The notes beneath the pieces are model-generated. The model worked only from the letters and a program-made list of their open reading frames with translations. It did not search any database and was not told the DNA's origin. The position numbers were made by a program, and so were the translations under genes. Of a stretch of DNA of 64,000 bases, positions 26,913 to 40,235 are shown piece after piece. Origin of the DNA: Camelus ferus (Eukaryota). Every line of letters begins with the position of its first letter. Position 1 is the stretch's first letter. The stretch lies in assembly GCF_009834535.1 (NCBI RefSeq), contig NC_045697.1:63056001-63120000 (forward strand). The letters run 5' to 3'.

Positions 26913-27942
26913 TTATTTTATAAATTAAACTTTATCAATTTTATCTTTCAAACTTTATCTTTTGAATGGATTTCAAGATAGATCTTTATATTAAAAAGCT
27001 GCATTGAAGAAAGATTATTTTAGCATTTAGAATAATACATATTTTATAATATATAAATGTATATATTTATTTCCATATATGCATATTAGAGTTAGATGAC
27101 AATTATAACTAATCAGATACTTAAAAACTAACCTGGTGAATTTGTAATAAATATTTAAATTTCACCAGTGTAAAATTAGATTGGTTACTAATATTTTTTC
27201 CTTGAATATAATGATAGAAAATAAAATATGTTCTTCATTGACTGCATCAAGTAATTTTAAAGGCATGTCTGCCCATATTGCTTTATTTTTTTTAAATGCC
27301 AGTGAAAGAAGCTATCAGAAATTAAAATCAAATATTCTATGTTCTACTATGAGGTCATGTCCAGGGTTAGTTCAAAATCAAATGTATCCTTCTTAGTTTA
27401 GTGAGGAGAGGGTATTTCCTACTTAGTGCTGAAATCAGCTGTTTTACTCTATGAAATAGTAATTATGTGATATTAAGGATAAGAATCTCTTTTACAGCAC
27501 TTCCATAAGAGAAATAATTTTGTCATCATTGTATTTCGTTTTCTTGATTGAATAGTTACATAGAATAAAATGCACTGCCATCTTCCAACGATCGCAACCT
27601 GAGGCTCTGATTAAATACTTCGGTTATAGTCTTACAGTATTTTTAGTCTTTCAAATACAGGCCCAGTTCTGCTGCAAGCCTTCACATATTTTGCAGCAAG
27701 GTACTTCATTGGCTCTTCAGCAGCCCTAGATATTAGGACGCTGATCTTTTAACATTCAGCTTTAAATTATTTCACTTATGACCTTAGCGAAATATTTAAA
27801 ACTGCAATCACCTGATAAAACACAGCTCTAATAAATATAGTAATTATTATTATTATAATGGAATTGACAAGGGTCATCATCATTCATGTTAAAATTTCAA
27901 TATTTCAGGTTATATGATTCAGTATAAAGATATTGAAGCAAA

Positions 27943-28569
27943 CTCTTAATTCCAGACTCCTAATTTATCCCTCCCCACTCTCCTGTCCCCTTTGGTAACC
28001 ATAGTTTGTTTTCTGTGTCTCTGAGTCTGTTTCTGGTTTGTAAATAAGTTTATTTGTATCTTTTTCTTTAGATTAAGAGTTTGGGATTAACATATTATAC
28101 ACTTCTATTTATAAAATAGATAAACAACAAGGACCTACTATATAGCAGAGGGAAATATATTCAATATTTTGTAATAACCTATAAGGGAAAAGAATCTGAA
28201 AAAGAATATATATGCATGTATTTGTATAATTGAATCACTTTGCTGTACACCTGAAACTAACACAACATTGTAAATCAACTATACTTCAATTAAAAGAAAA
28301 AGAAATTTTGCCAAGAAAACAAAGAAGATTATGGCTGTCTGAAGCCCTGGGCAAGATAATTGACTTTCTTTTTTATGTCTAGAACACTATAATAAAAAGT
28401 GAATTTTCAAAAAAAAAAAAAACAACACTGTTAAACAATGTACTTCTTACAGGAGATACTTCTGTATCTACAAAGATCATAAAGATTTATCAGTGTGTAA
28501 TGTGAAGGGAATTTTTCTTATTCACTTGTGCAAATGAAAAATATAAAAGGAATATATACTAAAAAAAAA
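27943..28569 (+). mobile_element. L1 3' end with a 5' inversion and a non-L1 3' extension
   Basis: Antisense L1 3'UTR at ~27943-28074 is joined to a sense 3'UTR at ~28075-28305. Two poly-A-terminated unique segments follow. A degenerate TSD lies at 27926-27942 and 28566-28582. Confidence 0.8.
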
Positions 28570-29694
28570 GTATTGAAACAAATCTCAAAAAAAGCATAAA
28601 ATCAATCCTCCCCTCCCTCTCCTATCCCTCCCTGCCTTGCTTCTTTCCTTCCTTCATAATTGTCATTACAGATCTTATTAATAAATGTCATTATGTAATT
28701 CAGTGACTGCCATATGACTTAGAAAACTCATGAAATTATTTCCTCTACATTGTTTATTAATAATTGTTGACTTCAAGTCTGTATAATATTGTCATCTATA
28801 TGTTCCAGAAAGATTTTTAAATTAGGATTCTTAATCTGATCATTTTCCTTTACAGAATTTATTTTACAGTCATGAATTTTTTTATGCTAATCACAAAAAC
28901 AAATTCATGTAGTTAATCTAACACAGCAACATCTATTATCATGTTGCATTATCTCCTGAATACATATAACTTTGCCTCTTTATTGAAAAACACATTCTGA
29001 AGTCACGCTCAAAACACGAGGGAAATTATTTCTATCCTATAATCCAACTTAGTAGAGGTAGTCATTTCCTCTTTTGCACTAAGTCAGGGCACAGAAATAA
29101 TACTCCCAGGGACAAGAACTACTGGATATTGAAGGGAAAGAGGGAAGGAGGCATCTGTGCGTCTGACATTCTTTCTGGTTGGTTGTTGGGTCTTAGCATT
29201 GTGATGGGAGTAGAGAAGATGGTCCTTGAGTTAGATAGACCTCCCTTCATTTTTAAGAGTAATGCAAATTAAAAGCATTTGTAGATGGATACTACTCATT
29301 TATGTTTTTAGGATGTTGAATCCAATTAATCCAACTCTTTGTCATCAGTTTGTGTCCAGACTCCCCACTGTCCCTACCTCCCACCTCATCTGACTTTGAG
29401 AATTTGTCTTGGAGTAGAGCTTTATCCAAACTTCAAGGAAGAACACTGGGGAGGGCACATGAGACTTCTCTTCAACTTGGTAGATTCATGTCATTGGGTA
29501 CGGAAGTCATGGTGGCAAACAATAAAGACTACCAGAGATTTGTAGAGTATTGGACTTTAAAAAACAGTTCAATAAAAACACATTGAATCTTTTGCATACT
29601 ATGTATAATACTTTGTATTATTTAATCATTATGTTTGCTTGAACAGATGTTATCACATCTGTTTGCTGTTGAGGAAACTAAGACATGAAAAGGT

Positions 29695-29830
29695 AAAGTG
29701 GTGGGGAAGGGAGGGATGAAAAGGCAGAACACAGAGGATATTTAGGGCTGTGAAAATACATTGTATGATACCATAATGATAGATAAGTGTCATTATAAAT
29801 TTGTCCAAATCCATAGAACTGCAGAGCACA
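29695..29830 (+). mobile_element. Old L1 (L1MC-like) 3'UTR fragment
   Basis: Reads agaggatatttagggctgtgaaa...tgtcattataaatttgtccaaatccatagaa. Confidence 0.6.
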
Positions 29831-31547
29831 TTAAGAGTTCTGGGCAAAACTGAATGGCCATCAGTGGTCTTTAACCTAAGACTATAGCTTTAATAATTTT
29901 ATAATATTCTAGCCCACAACTTAGGATATTTCAACATTTTTTATTATAGAGTTTTTATGTGTCTCCTCAATCTTTGATGCTGTAGCAGAAAATGTCCTTA
30001 GAAGTGTTTTCTAACTCAAATTGCATTGACAAATTCTCTTTCATGAATTCAGAACTGAGGAAAAGGAAGAGGAGAAGAGAGTAAGAGAGCTGCTTTGAAA
30101 ACAGGAGCTGATAGGATATAGGTCAAGGAAGTGAAAATTTGATGTCTTTGATTAGTGGTTGGCAAGTCACCACTTTAATAGCCTCAGGGTTTTTTAGTAA
30201 GAGTAAGTTTATACCTGAGAGAGCCCAGGTTATTGTGGAGAATCCACAGCACATAGGTTGCCAATTTTCCCTCCATTGCCCCATCACACATTAAATTCTA
30301 TTATGGCAGTTCTTCTGCTGAGCTTGGATGGACGTCACAACGATCCTCAGTACTCCACTCCAAGTAGGCGTGCTAACTAAGTTGAGCATCAGGTGAAACC
30401 TGTTTCCCATTTTGGGTGGTGTGATCCAATCATGACTGGGATGTATAAAACTTAGGTTAATATAGAGGTAAAGGTGCTTATATTCTGCTGGATACTTGTA
30501 TTCTGACGTTTTCTAGAATAAAAATAAGTAGACTATGTGCAATTAGTTTTAGAAATAGAAAGATACCAATCCACTATGTGGATAAGAATGCGGATCACGT
30601 ACCAATCCACTATGAAAGCCAAGCATCTAAGGCTAAAGGCCCCTAATATTCATCATATACTGGAAGGAGTAGCCATCTAGCAGTGATTCAGCTTGAAAAA
30701 CAAAGTTTCCTAGGAAGATACTGGAATTCTCAAGATGAAGTAGATAAATCGAACAGAAATTGTATCAGAGATTAGCACACTACCTCTGGCATTCCCATGA
30801 AGACAAATCTTTAGTTAGATTTTTTCTGCTTCTTGCTATACTCTTCTCCAATTTTTTTTTCATTATGTGGAGGTATCTGGGACATATCAGGACACACTAG
30901 CAAAGAGAAATGGTTCCCTATTCAACTGTCTAGTGTGTGGAGAGCTATACCTACCCACCTACTGCTTTTAGCAATTACTGTAATCCCTAGGCTGTGATAT
31001 GCTAAAATGTTTTAGAAACCCACCCTCTAAATATGACTTGCTCTTTGAAGTAGCTGTGGCTTGTATTAATGTGTGCTAAGAATGAAAAGTGTATAATGGT
31101 TTAAAGTTGGGGCATGTGACTTGATGAAATCTAGTAAACTGTTAAGAATTTATTATGAAATCAATCTCTGAGATTTTCTTTGCCAAGGTAATCTAAGCAG
31201 AAATTTGAAAATTCTCATGCTATATGAAAATGGTAAGAGTCAAGGGACTTTTTTCCAAGAAAATTTGTAGCAGGGAGGGTCATAAATACTCTTCAGAAGC
31301 CCATGTTAAGAAACTATAAAGTAAAAAAGGGATTTGCTTTATAAACAATCTGAAGAAAAACACAAATTCTAAGGAGATGGTAAAAGGAGATCACAAACTC
31401 ACCAAACTTATTAAAGTTATTTTCCATATTTCAAGAATCTGAAGACTGAAGGAGTAAAGCTACTATTCAAATCTGGTGGACAAATTATGATGATGAATCT
31501 TTTGGCCTCTGGAAAACATTTTCCTGAACAAATGATGAAGTCATATC

Positions 31548-31656
31548 ACCCCTATCTCTCCCTCCCTGCCTCCCTCCCTCTGTCTCCTTTTCTCCTTCCT
31601 TTCCTTCCTTTCTCTCCTCCCCTGCTTTCTTTTATTCTTTTTTTTTTTTTTTTTTT
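31548..31656. repeat. Polypyrimidine low-complexity tract ending in poly-T
   Basis: About 105 nt almost entirely C/T. Confidence 0.85.
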
Positions 31657-34600
31657 AATTCACAAGGGCTAATTGAACTATGCACTAAGCATGGTTCTCT
31701 TCTGGATAGAAGAGAGGGAAGGGAATAGGAAGACTGAGCTGTTCCTTATTACGTAAAGGCTGAATCCTTCCCCCTTGATAAATGGGGCTCTGTTTTTGAG
31801 GGTCGGGGTCTATGGACTCCTAAAAGATAACCAAGAAGGTAGAAATCTAGAGGCGATAAACTGCACCTAACCTAGGACCTCATTTATATTTGCATATAAA
31901 TTTCCCAAATATCCTCTAGCCTTCAGTGAGAGTTATCAGAGTTTTCCCTTGCCAAGTTAGAAAATTAGAATAAGTAAGCCAGATTCTTCTGACATGTGAG
32001 AATGTCTTTAACCTGTTAACCTAAATATTTTATCACACTGGTAGAAGAGCCATTGGAACACTTCCAATAAAGTGGAGATAAAACCTTAGAGTCATGTTTC
32101 AGCATGGATTATTATCTTAGCAGTTTCATTCTTGTTGCTTTGCAAACCACATGGTCACATTACACAGCCCAGTTTTTGTTAAAATTTATTTTGAAATTAA
32201 ATAGGCCCAAAACATTTGAAATCATACTGATATTTGCGTAGTATTTTCCATGTTGAAAAATATTTTAAACACAATGATCCTTTTTGTTTACTCAACAAAT
32301 CTAGCTATGTGGTAGTATGGATGTTAAGAATTTTCTGCATATTTTATGTGTATTTTTGACTATTGCTGATTTGGGTTAAATAGCTTCTCTCTCCCCACTT
32401 CCCTAGCCCGGATAATGCCTTTTATTTACCTCTTAATTAGAAAATAGAGGGGAAAAAAACCATAATCATGACTAGTAAAGCATTTCATGGGAATAAATCA
32501 CTGAAATTCTTAAGTCTATTTTTATCTGGGTTAGTTTTTTCATTACAGTGTTGGAAAGTCTGAAAACTATAAACAGTAACCTGCCCATTCAAAATATATG
32601 TATAGATACATAAGTGTATGATTACTTCATAATCCTGAACTTTTAAACTTGAACATAAGCAGAATTGTAACTGAGACAGTTTATTCACTGGGAAAAATCC
32701 AGCTTGAGTCACCATGGGGATGCCCATGAGTTACTTGCTTGTTTGGCTGCATTTCACTCTCACAGATTTTGATAGGATAAAAACACTGCATTTCCTAAAA
32801 CGAATTTTAAAAAAGTACTAAGGATGACTGGGCAAAGCATTCTGTTATCAGTAGATACCAGTGTATGAAATCCACATTTATGTCTGCAGTTTTGGGGAAC
32901 TAAGAACCATATTATCTTGGTTTTTTATTTCCTGAATCAGCTTAATTGCATCAGCATACCAATTAGACTTGAATAAATATGTTTGAATGCTTTTTAGTTG
33001 TTGATACTTCGTTATAAAGCTTTTACTCCAATTTCTCTAAAAGCACTTCTAACTGTGCTTGGTTTATATATTGCTTATCATTTTATATTAATATATGTCA
33101 TATGCCGTATTTTTTATTTTTATGCCTAATAAGAGCACTGTTTTGTGTGTCTATTTTTCTTAGTGGTTATTAATGTAAAACGATATAAAAAGTAGCCAAT
33201 CTTTCTATAAATGAGGTTAATTATATATAGATGCATGCATGCATATGTTTTATATATGTATATATATTTATTTATTGTTTCTAATAGTTAATTTCTATAA
33301 TACAGCCTAGAAAATGAGTGAATTTTAACTTGCTAGCATTAGTATTTTTAAACATTTTAAGTGGTTAAGTAAGTATAAGTACAGATATAGAACCAAAACT
33401 TGAGCTTTATAACCATTGACATAATTGATGTTTCAAATGATGATCTCAACTTACCCAACTAGTAGCAGGGCTTATCAGCAGGGCTCTTTTACAAGTCCCT
33501 CAGGCCCCACAGACCTACATGCGATGTCTTCATTAGAGGCTGTACTCTACACTTCTTGAAGATGACGATTTAAAGGAATTGCATAATTCATGGAGGAGAC
33601 CTTATGGGTCACTGTATTCCACAAGAGTCAGATTAAGGCTCATTACTCTATTCAGTTCACAATTAGAATCTTGTTGATGCTGGTAAGAGTTTTCTATCCA
33701 GAAAAAAAGGGGTAGGTGAGTGCTAAGTGATCAAAGTTACATCAGAGCCTTTGGTATAAGATAGTAAAATGATTGTCATACAGCATTACTATAGGGTTGC
33801 TGCTCTCCAGGTTTGAAAATAAATATCTTTACCTTACCTGGATATTTATTTCCCATATATTTCTCTGCTGAGATCTACTACATGTAACAGTGGGAGACCA
33901 TAATCTAGAGACAACACATTATTCTACTGACATTATCTTTCAAGTGAACTTCTATGTGAATCACCTTTCTCACAGAAACCCTAATACTTCATGGAATTTT
34001 GTGACTTAAAAGTATCCCATTGTTGGTGTGACTTTAAAGTCAGATTCCATAGTAGTGTTTTGAAAGATTTTGTTACTTACATACTACTAAGTATTCTCCA
34101 TTAAATGGAATTTGTAATATTTAAGTTAAATCCATTTTATTTTTGATTTATTCTTTCCTTATATTTTGCAAGTTTGTTGTTTGTAAAAGGAAATGAAGCC
34201 GTCTTTATAATTTCAGTTAAATTGGTGATTAAATTTCAATAAAGCAGAGGAATGATTAGTTTGGGTCATTAAAGTAATTTATAGAATTCTTACACAAATT
34301 CCTTGATAGATGGTTTCTTTATAAACATTTTTTTTCCAGTGATGATGGTTAACATAACATAAAAAGTAGTAATTCACTTCTAATTAAAAAGAATATTATT
34401 TCTCAGGCAGGGTGAAATTTTGAAACTTTATTTAATTTAAATTCAGTAAGCATTTACTATAGATATATTCCTTCAATCTTAGACAAGGCTGTGTTGCCTC
34501 ATAGAAAAATTTATACTCATTGCACTCAAAGATACCTGCACTCTAGTCCTAAACTTTGTCTCATTCTGATCTCACCCCTTTGCACCTTATGTTCAGCCAT

Positions 34601-34666
34601 TAAACTAGTGCAGCACACAATGCCCAGATCCTATGTGTGTTTTGTTTGTTGACAGGTTTCTTTAGC

Positions 34667-34838
34667 CAGTGGTTATCAAAGTGTGGTCTAGGACCAGAAG
34701 CATTAACAACATCTGGGAATGTACTAAAGATGCTAAAACTATTATCTCAGACCTACTATTTCAGAAACTGTGGTGTTGAGACCCAATAATGTGTGTTAAA
34801 ATGCTCTCCAGGTGATTCTCATGAATACTAAAATTTAA
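34667..34838 (+). mobile_element. MER5A (hAT-Charlie) DNA transposon fossil
   Basis: Reads cagtggttatcaaagtgtggtc...cagacctact...ctccaggtgattct, matching the recalled MER5A consensus. Confidence 0.8.
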
Positions 34839-35470
34839 GTCTGACACTTAAAAATATAAATGAATTAAAGAGTTAAACATAAAAGTAAACTCAAATATTT
34901 GAAGAGTAGGCAAAATTTCACCTTCTATTAGAAAAGACAAGACTTCACAACACTGAAAAATAATAAAAGATGTGCATGTTTCATATTATATAAAAACAAA
35001 CCATTCAAAATGTTAAAATATCAAAAATGAAACAGGAAAATATTTAAATATGATAAAGAGCTATATTCTTAACATATAAAGAGAACTACCAAATCAATAA
35101 AGAATAAAACTCCTTAAGAAAAATAGAAAAATGAATATTTAAAGACAGTTTCCTTCTTTTTATGGCTCTATACTGTGAAAGAGATTTTACGTCTACATGC
35201 TTAGGTTCCCTAGTTCATCACCATGTGGTACGGGAATATGCTTTTCATGCTATTACAGAAAGCTTCTAAATTTTCCAGGACTCATATTTGAAAAGGAGGA
35301 AATTTTAAAAAAATTATTGCAATCAAGAGAGAATGTGCATTTATTTTATAGTGAGTTGAAAGAATGTTCTCTTATGAGTTAGAAAGCATGTTTCTGGTTC
35401 TTGTTCTGTTGTTTCTTAGCAAGTATTTACCTCATGTTAGCATCCAGGTTCTTCTCTGGTTAGCTTAGAT

Positions 35471-35635
35471 CAGTGCTGTTCAATCTTTATCATGTATGAA
35501 TGCATCAGAATCATTTGGAGGTCTTGGAAATTATATAGATTGTGGATGAGACACCCACAGGTTCTGATTAAGCATTTCTGTGAGTGTGACCCAGTAGTTT
35601 GAATTTCTAATGATTTTCTACCTTGAGAACCATTG
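35471..35635 (-). mobile_element. MER5A-like DNA transposon fossil
   Basis: Reads cagtgctgttcaa...tgcatcagaatcatttggagg...ttgagaaccattg, with degenerate terminal inverted repeats. Confidence 0.7.
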
Positions 35636-35794
35636 ACTTCAATGATCATCAGTTAGGTCCAGTGCTCTATAGCTGTTGCATCCTATGACCTAATGACAAG
35701 TAGATAAGGAAAGAGAGAAAAGAGAAGTGTATCTTAAGTGTCCAGCCTGAAACAGAATAGAATTTCAAAATTGGGAAGTACAGTTGCTGTACAC

Positions 35795-36568
35795 TATTTT
35801 AATAAGTTACAGTTGTACGATATGATGATTCACAATTTTTAAAGATTATATACCTTTTATAGTTATTATAAAACATTGGCTATATTCCCTGTGTTGTACA
35901 ATATATTCTTGTACCTTATTGTATACCTCATAGTTTGTACTCTTGCTCTCCTATCCCTATATTGCCCCTCCTCCTCTCTCTGGTTTGTCCTCTGTATCTG
36001 CGAGTCTTCTGCTTTTTTGTTGTATTCACTAGTTTGTTGTATTTTTTAGATTTCATATATTAGTGACATCATATATTATTTGTCTTTCTCTATCTGACTT
36101 ATTTCACTTGGCATAATGCCCTCCAAGTCCACCCATGTTGCTGCAAATGGTGAAATTTTCTTATTTTGTATGGGTCAGTATTCCATTGTATAGATATACC
36201 ACATCTTCTTTATATGTTCAACTGTTGGACATTTAGATTGCTTCCATGTCTTGGAAATTATAAATAATCTGCTGTGAACATTGAGGTGCAGGTATCTTTT
36301 TGAATTTGTGTTTTTGTTTTCTTTAGATAGTCATATGGTAGTTTTGTTTTTAAGTTTTCTGAGAAACCTCCATAGTGTTTCCAAAGTGGCTTCGCCAATT
36401 TACATTTCTACCAGCAGTGTACGAGCGTTCCCTTTTCTCCACATCCTTGCCGGCATTTGTTATTTGTGTTCTTTTTGATAATAGCCATTCTGACAGGTGT
36501 GAGGTGTTATTTCATTTGGTTTTGGTTTGCATTTTCCTGATGATTTGTGATTCTGAGCATCTTTTCAA
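35795..36568 (-). mobile_element. L1 3'UTR plus end of ORF2
   Basis: Contains tctgacttatttcacttggcataatgccctccaagtcc and tgataatagccattctgacaggtgtgaggtg. Confidence 0.88.
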
Positions 36569-38084
36569 TGAATGTTCATCGAATAAGTGAACTCAGTACC
36601 TGAAATCTCAAAAACATTGTGGAAACTATTTGTTCTTAAGTATTCATGCCTTCATTTACTTCATCACTGATAGTCTCCTTCTCCAGTCTGCATCATTTTC
36701 TTTCCTTTGCAGAACTATAAATGCATTTATAGTCAGTACCACGGTATCATTAACATTTGGCCTCTGTTTCTTTTTGTATTAGTTTAATTAATTATATTAT
36801 AAACTCCATAAGGGCAGGAGGGAGCCAGTTGATATGTTTTGCACTTTCTTTTATGCCTGGTACAGACCCCCCACTTTGTAGGAGATTTTGATATAAAGTA
36901 TGCCGAATCATTTATTTGCAAACAGATTGATATTCTTTGGAAATGTCCTATCTCTGTGTCAGTAATCTTCACCTTGTTGTCTGCTTTTTTGACTTAATTT
37001 CTAAAACTGCTATTGCTCTTACTCTGTGTGGCCTAAAGTGAATTAATCATTGCAGAATGGGAGAGAGACATCTTGAGGACAAATAAACGTAGTGCGATTA
37101 GGTACTTGTGCCTCTGGTGGCTGCAGCCATAGTGTGTTGCTGTGGTGACTTACTAAATGGTACCCTAGTGGCCTGAAAGAGTTCCTAGGCTTCGGAACAG
37201 CTTCATTTCTTACCAGGGAGAGATTTACACATCAGACTTTGGTCGAGCTACACTGATAATAGAAGCAATACAGCCTTTGGGCTGAAATCCAATATATCAC
37301 TTAGGGTTCTTCCATTAATAAAAATTTTCAAAACTGAGTGAGTCAAAAACAGAGGCATTTAATGCTATCAAGTTATAATTTAGGAATAAAATGGACTAGT
37401 TACTTTTGTAATAGTATGGTATAAGATTGCTATTTTAAAGAGAAATAATTAAAACTACCTAAATATTTTATCTTAAGTAATTTATGGTGACTCCCTTTAA
37501 GAAATACCTACCATTTAACTGTTTAAACTTTTATGAAGAGTTCGATAATATATGAGAAATTGCTTAGAAAATATAATATATATACACTTTATCCAATAAT
37601 GTAAAAATCATTAGAAAAAATACTCCTTACTGCTTTGCATTATTTGCTGTGTTATAACTGACACTCATGCGAATTAAGCACCACAGAATTGTGCAAAGTG
37701 AGAATGCACTTTGTGAAGACTCCCTGCATTTAAAGATACACTAACAGAGTACCACTGATGGGATTGGATGCTTCTCATTTTTTATATTTTCCTGTATTCT
37801 CCATATTTCCCACATTTTCTAACTTTCAGATCAGAAATGGATTTATTTTTAAAGGCTGTGTTGCAGGAACACTTTGCTTTCAATATGAAAAAAGACACAT
37901 TACTTGTGAGTCAATATTTAATCATAATTTAAGATTTTGGATATCTGTTTTTCATTTATCTATTCCATATTGACTTTACCATTATGATGGTCATTTATTT
38001 TGAGTAGCACTTCTTTTCCCTAAAACAAGCAACAAATAAACTAACAACAATATTTGAAAAAACAAAAGCAGAAAACAAAAACCG

Positions 38085-38750
38085 TAGGCATTTTCTTTGA
38101 TTTCTTTCTTTCTCTCACCCCTCACATCTTATCCATCAGCAATTCTTCTTGGTGCTCTCCCTAGGATAACCCAGTTCATTACCTTGCTTATCTTTACTGC
38201 AACTGTCCAAGCCAGGACACCATCACCTCTCCTTTAAACTATTGTGGTAATTTCCAATGGGCTGGCTACTCCTATAACCTACTCTCCACAAAGGGATATC
38301 TCTTTTAGCTCACTGATGGGCTTTTACTAGCAGTTGGGATAAAATCCAAGCAGATTATCATGGCCTAGGAGGCCTTACAGGATCTGGCCCTCTACCTTCC
38401 TGACCTGTCTCCTTTCATACCCTCATTCCCTTGCCTCACACTGTTGCTTGGCTAGATCACACTCGGGCCTTCCCTGGGGAGTTTATACTGGATGTTGCCT
38501 CTGCATGAAATGCTCTTCCCACTAATCTTCACTCACTTGAAATATCCCTACCTCCATATTTTCTCCCTTAACATTTTATCAGTTTACTGCAGTTAATTTT
38601 TATGTAACATATAGGACTTACCTAGATGACCTATCTTGTTCATTTGATTTCTTGTTTGTTTTCTGTCTACCTCACTGGAATAGTTGCTCCATTAAAAAAG
38701 GGCCTGGTGTCTCTTACTCTCCTTTGCATCCTGTGTCCCTGCCAGACAGT
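38085..38750 (+). mobile_element. L2 LINE 3' region
   Basis: Contains ctcacatcttatccatcagcaa, ggataaaatccaa, aggccttacaggatctggccc and tgcctctgcatgaaatgctcttccc. Confidence 0.7.
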
Positions 38751-40009
38751 GTGGTTCCCATTTTTTAATTATTTGAGGGAGACAATCCACTAAGCACTTT
38801 GTGTAAGCTACAGCAGTGATATTCAGACTGTGGTATAATAACCCACAGAAACTCCTCTTGGCAGACATAGACACACATACCTTTAAGAGAATTAATTTCA
38901 CAATCCTCAATGTCCAATTGTGATTTTTCCACACAATTTCGTTGCTTGAGAAGCTTCTGAGATTCACCAGTTCATCTTCTTCACTTTTCCCTTCAGTCTC
39001 CCATTTTACAAAAAAGAAAAAAAAAAAGGGCAAACTTCTCACCTCTTCTGAATCTTTCTAGGATGCATTGCCCAGTCCCTAAAAGTCTCCAGGAAATCAA
39101 ATGTTTAATTCCTCATGGAGTCCCATGAGCACTTCCTGAAGAAATGCTGGAGAGGTCGGTGTGTGATTTACATGGAGGCAGTATTCTGAATCATTCTCCT
39201 CCTTCCTCCCTCCACCCTCCCTCCTCCTTTTTCTATTAGATTCCTTATATGAGTAAGTGAGAATATTGTCTTGGAGTATTAACAGGTCTGTTTCATGATT
39301 TAAATCTATTCTTCTGAAGAAGAATCTTCATTGGCTGGTTGGTTTGACTATGAAGACTGCTTTCTGCAATTAGATTATAATGAAATACATTTACATATCT
39401 TTTCCTTAAACCAAATGAACTAAATATGCTGCTTGACAATATTAATGAAAATATATTTGAAGCACATACAGAGTATATAGCCTGCCAGAAAAATATATCC
39501 TCTGCCATATTTAAGTTAATGGAAAATTGTTAATGGTTAACTTGTAAAGTATGCTAAGGATTATATAGATTTTCAGTTTAGTAAAACAAGTTTGAAATTA
39601 TTGTGTGAGATAATGTGAACAACATAAAATTCTTCAAAATAATCTCAGCATAAAATACACTTAAATAGAAGAAAAGTAAAAAGAGAGCTTGCCTTTCATA
39701 TAGAATATTCAGGTTTATTACGTCTGTCTTTCCTCATTTCCAGACTAGCGGTGCAGTTCTTTTCCCTAAGGATTTGTGGAGGAGTGTTATCCCACTCTAC
39801 TCAGATACACACTTATCCAGTTACACTGTCTTAACTTGTAGCTCACATAGAAGCAAAGAAGCCTTATTCAGAGAAAATCCTGGAAAGGGTGTTGCTCCAA
39901 TAGATTTTCCCATTCAAAGCATCAAATTCTTGAGATGGATAGGTTTTTATTTCAAAATCTGGAAGTGGAAAATTTGGATTCATTTTAGGTAATTTTGTAG
40001 GAATAAAAA

Positions 40010-40235
40010 CAGCTAACGTTTATTGTGTGCTTCCTGTGTGTTGGGCACAGGTCTAAGGCCTTAACACACATTAGCTCCTTTAATCCTCATAATAGTTACT
40101 TCTGTTACAGTAGGTGCTGTTTATTTCACACATAGTGACCTTGAGGCAAAGAGGGAGATTAAGTAGTTTATCTAAAATTAAGGAGTGTAGAGGCCAGAAT
40201 CCAAACCCAGAAAATGTGAATTCAGAAATTTAACC
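40010..40235 (-). mobile_element. MIR SINE
   Basis: Reads agctaacgtttattgtgtgctt...tttaatcctcataata...gaggcaaagaggg. Confidence 0.7.

Noticed and set aside
29339..29586. Two overlapping ORFs followed by AATAAA, as a possible retrocopy or hidden exon
   Set aside because: No recognisable protein, no poly-A tail and no TSD; both ORFs begin at non-ATG codons.
30564..30614. Repeat-spacer-repeat as a CRISPR-like unit
   Set aside because: There are only two 15-bp copies, the context is a mammalian intron and no cas genes are present.
37105..37175. Two weaker CTCF-like motifs (CCACCAGAGGCA and CCACTAGGGTAC, minus strand)
   Set aside because: Each has two mismatches in the most informative 3' GGC positions.
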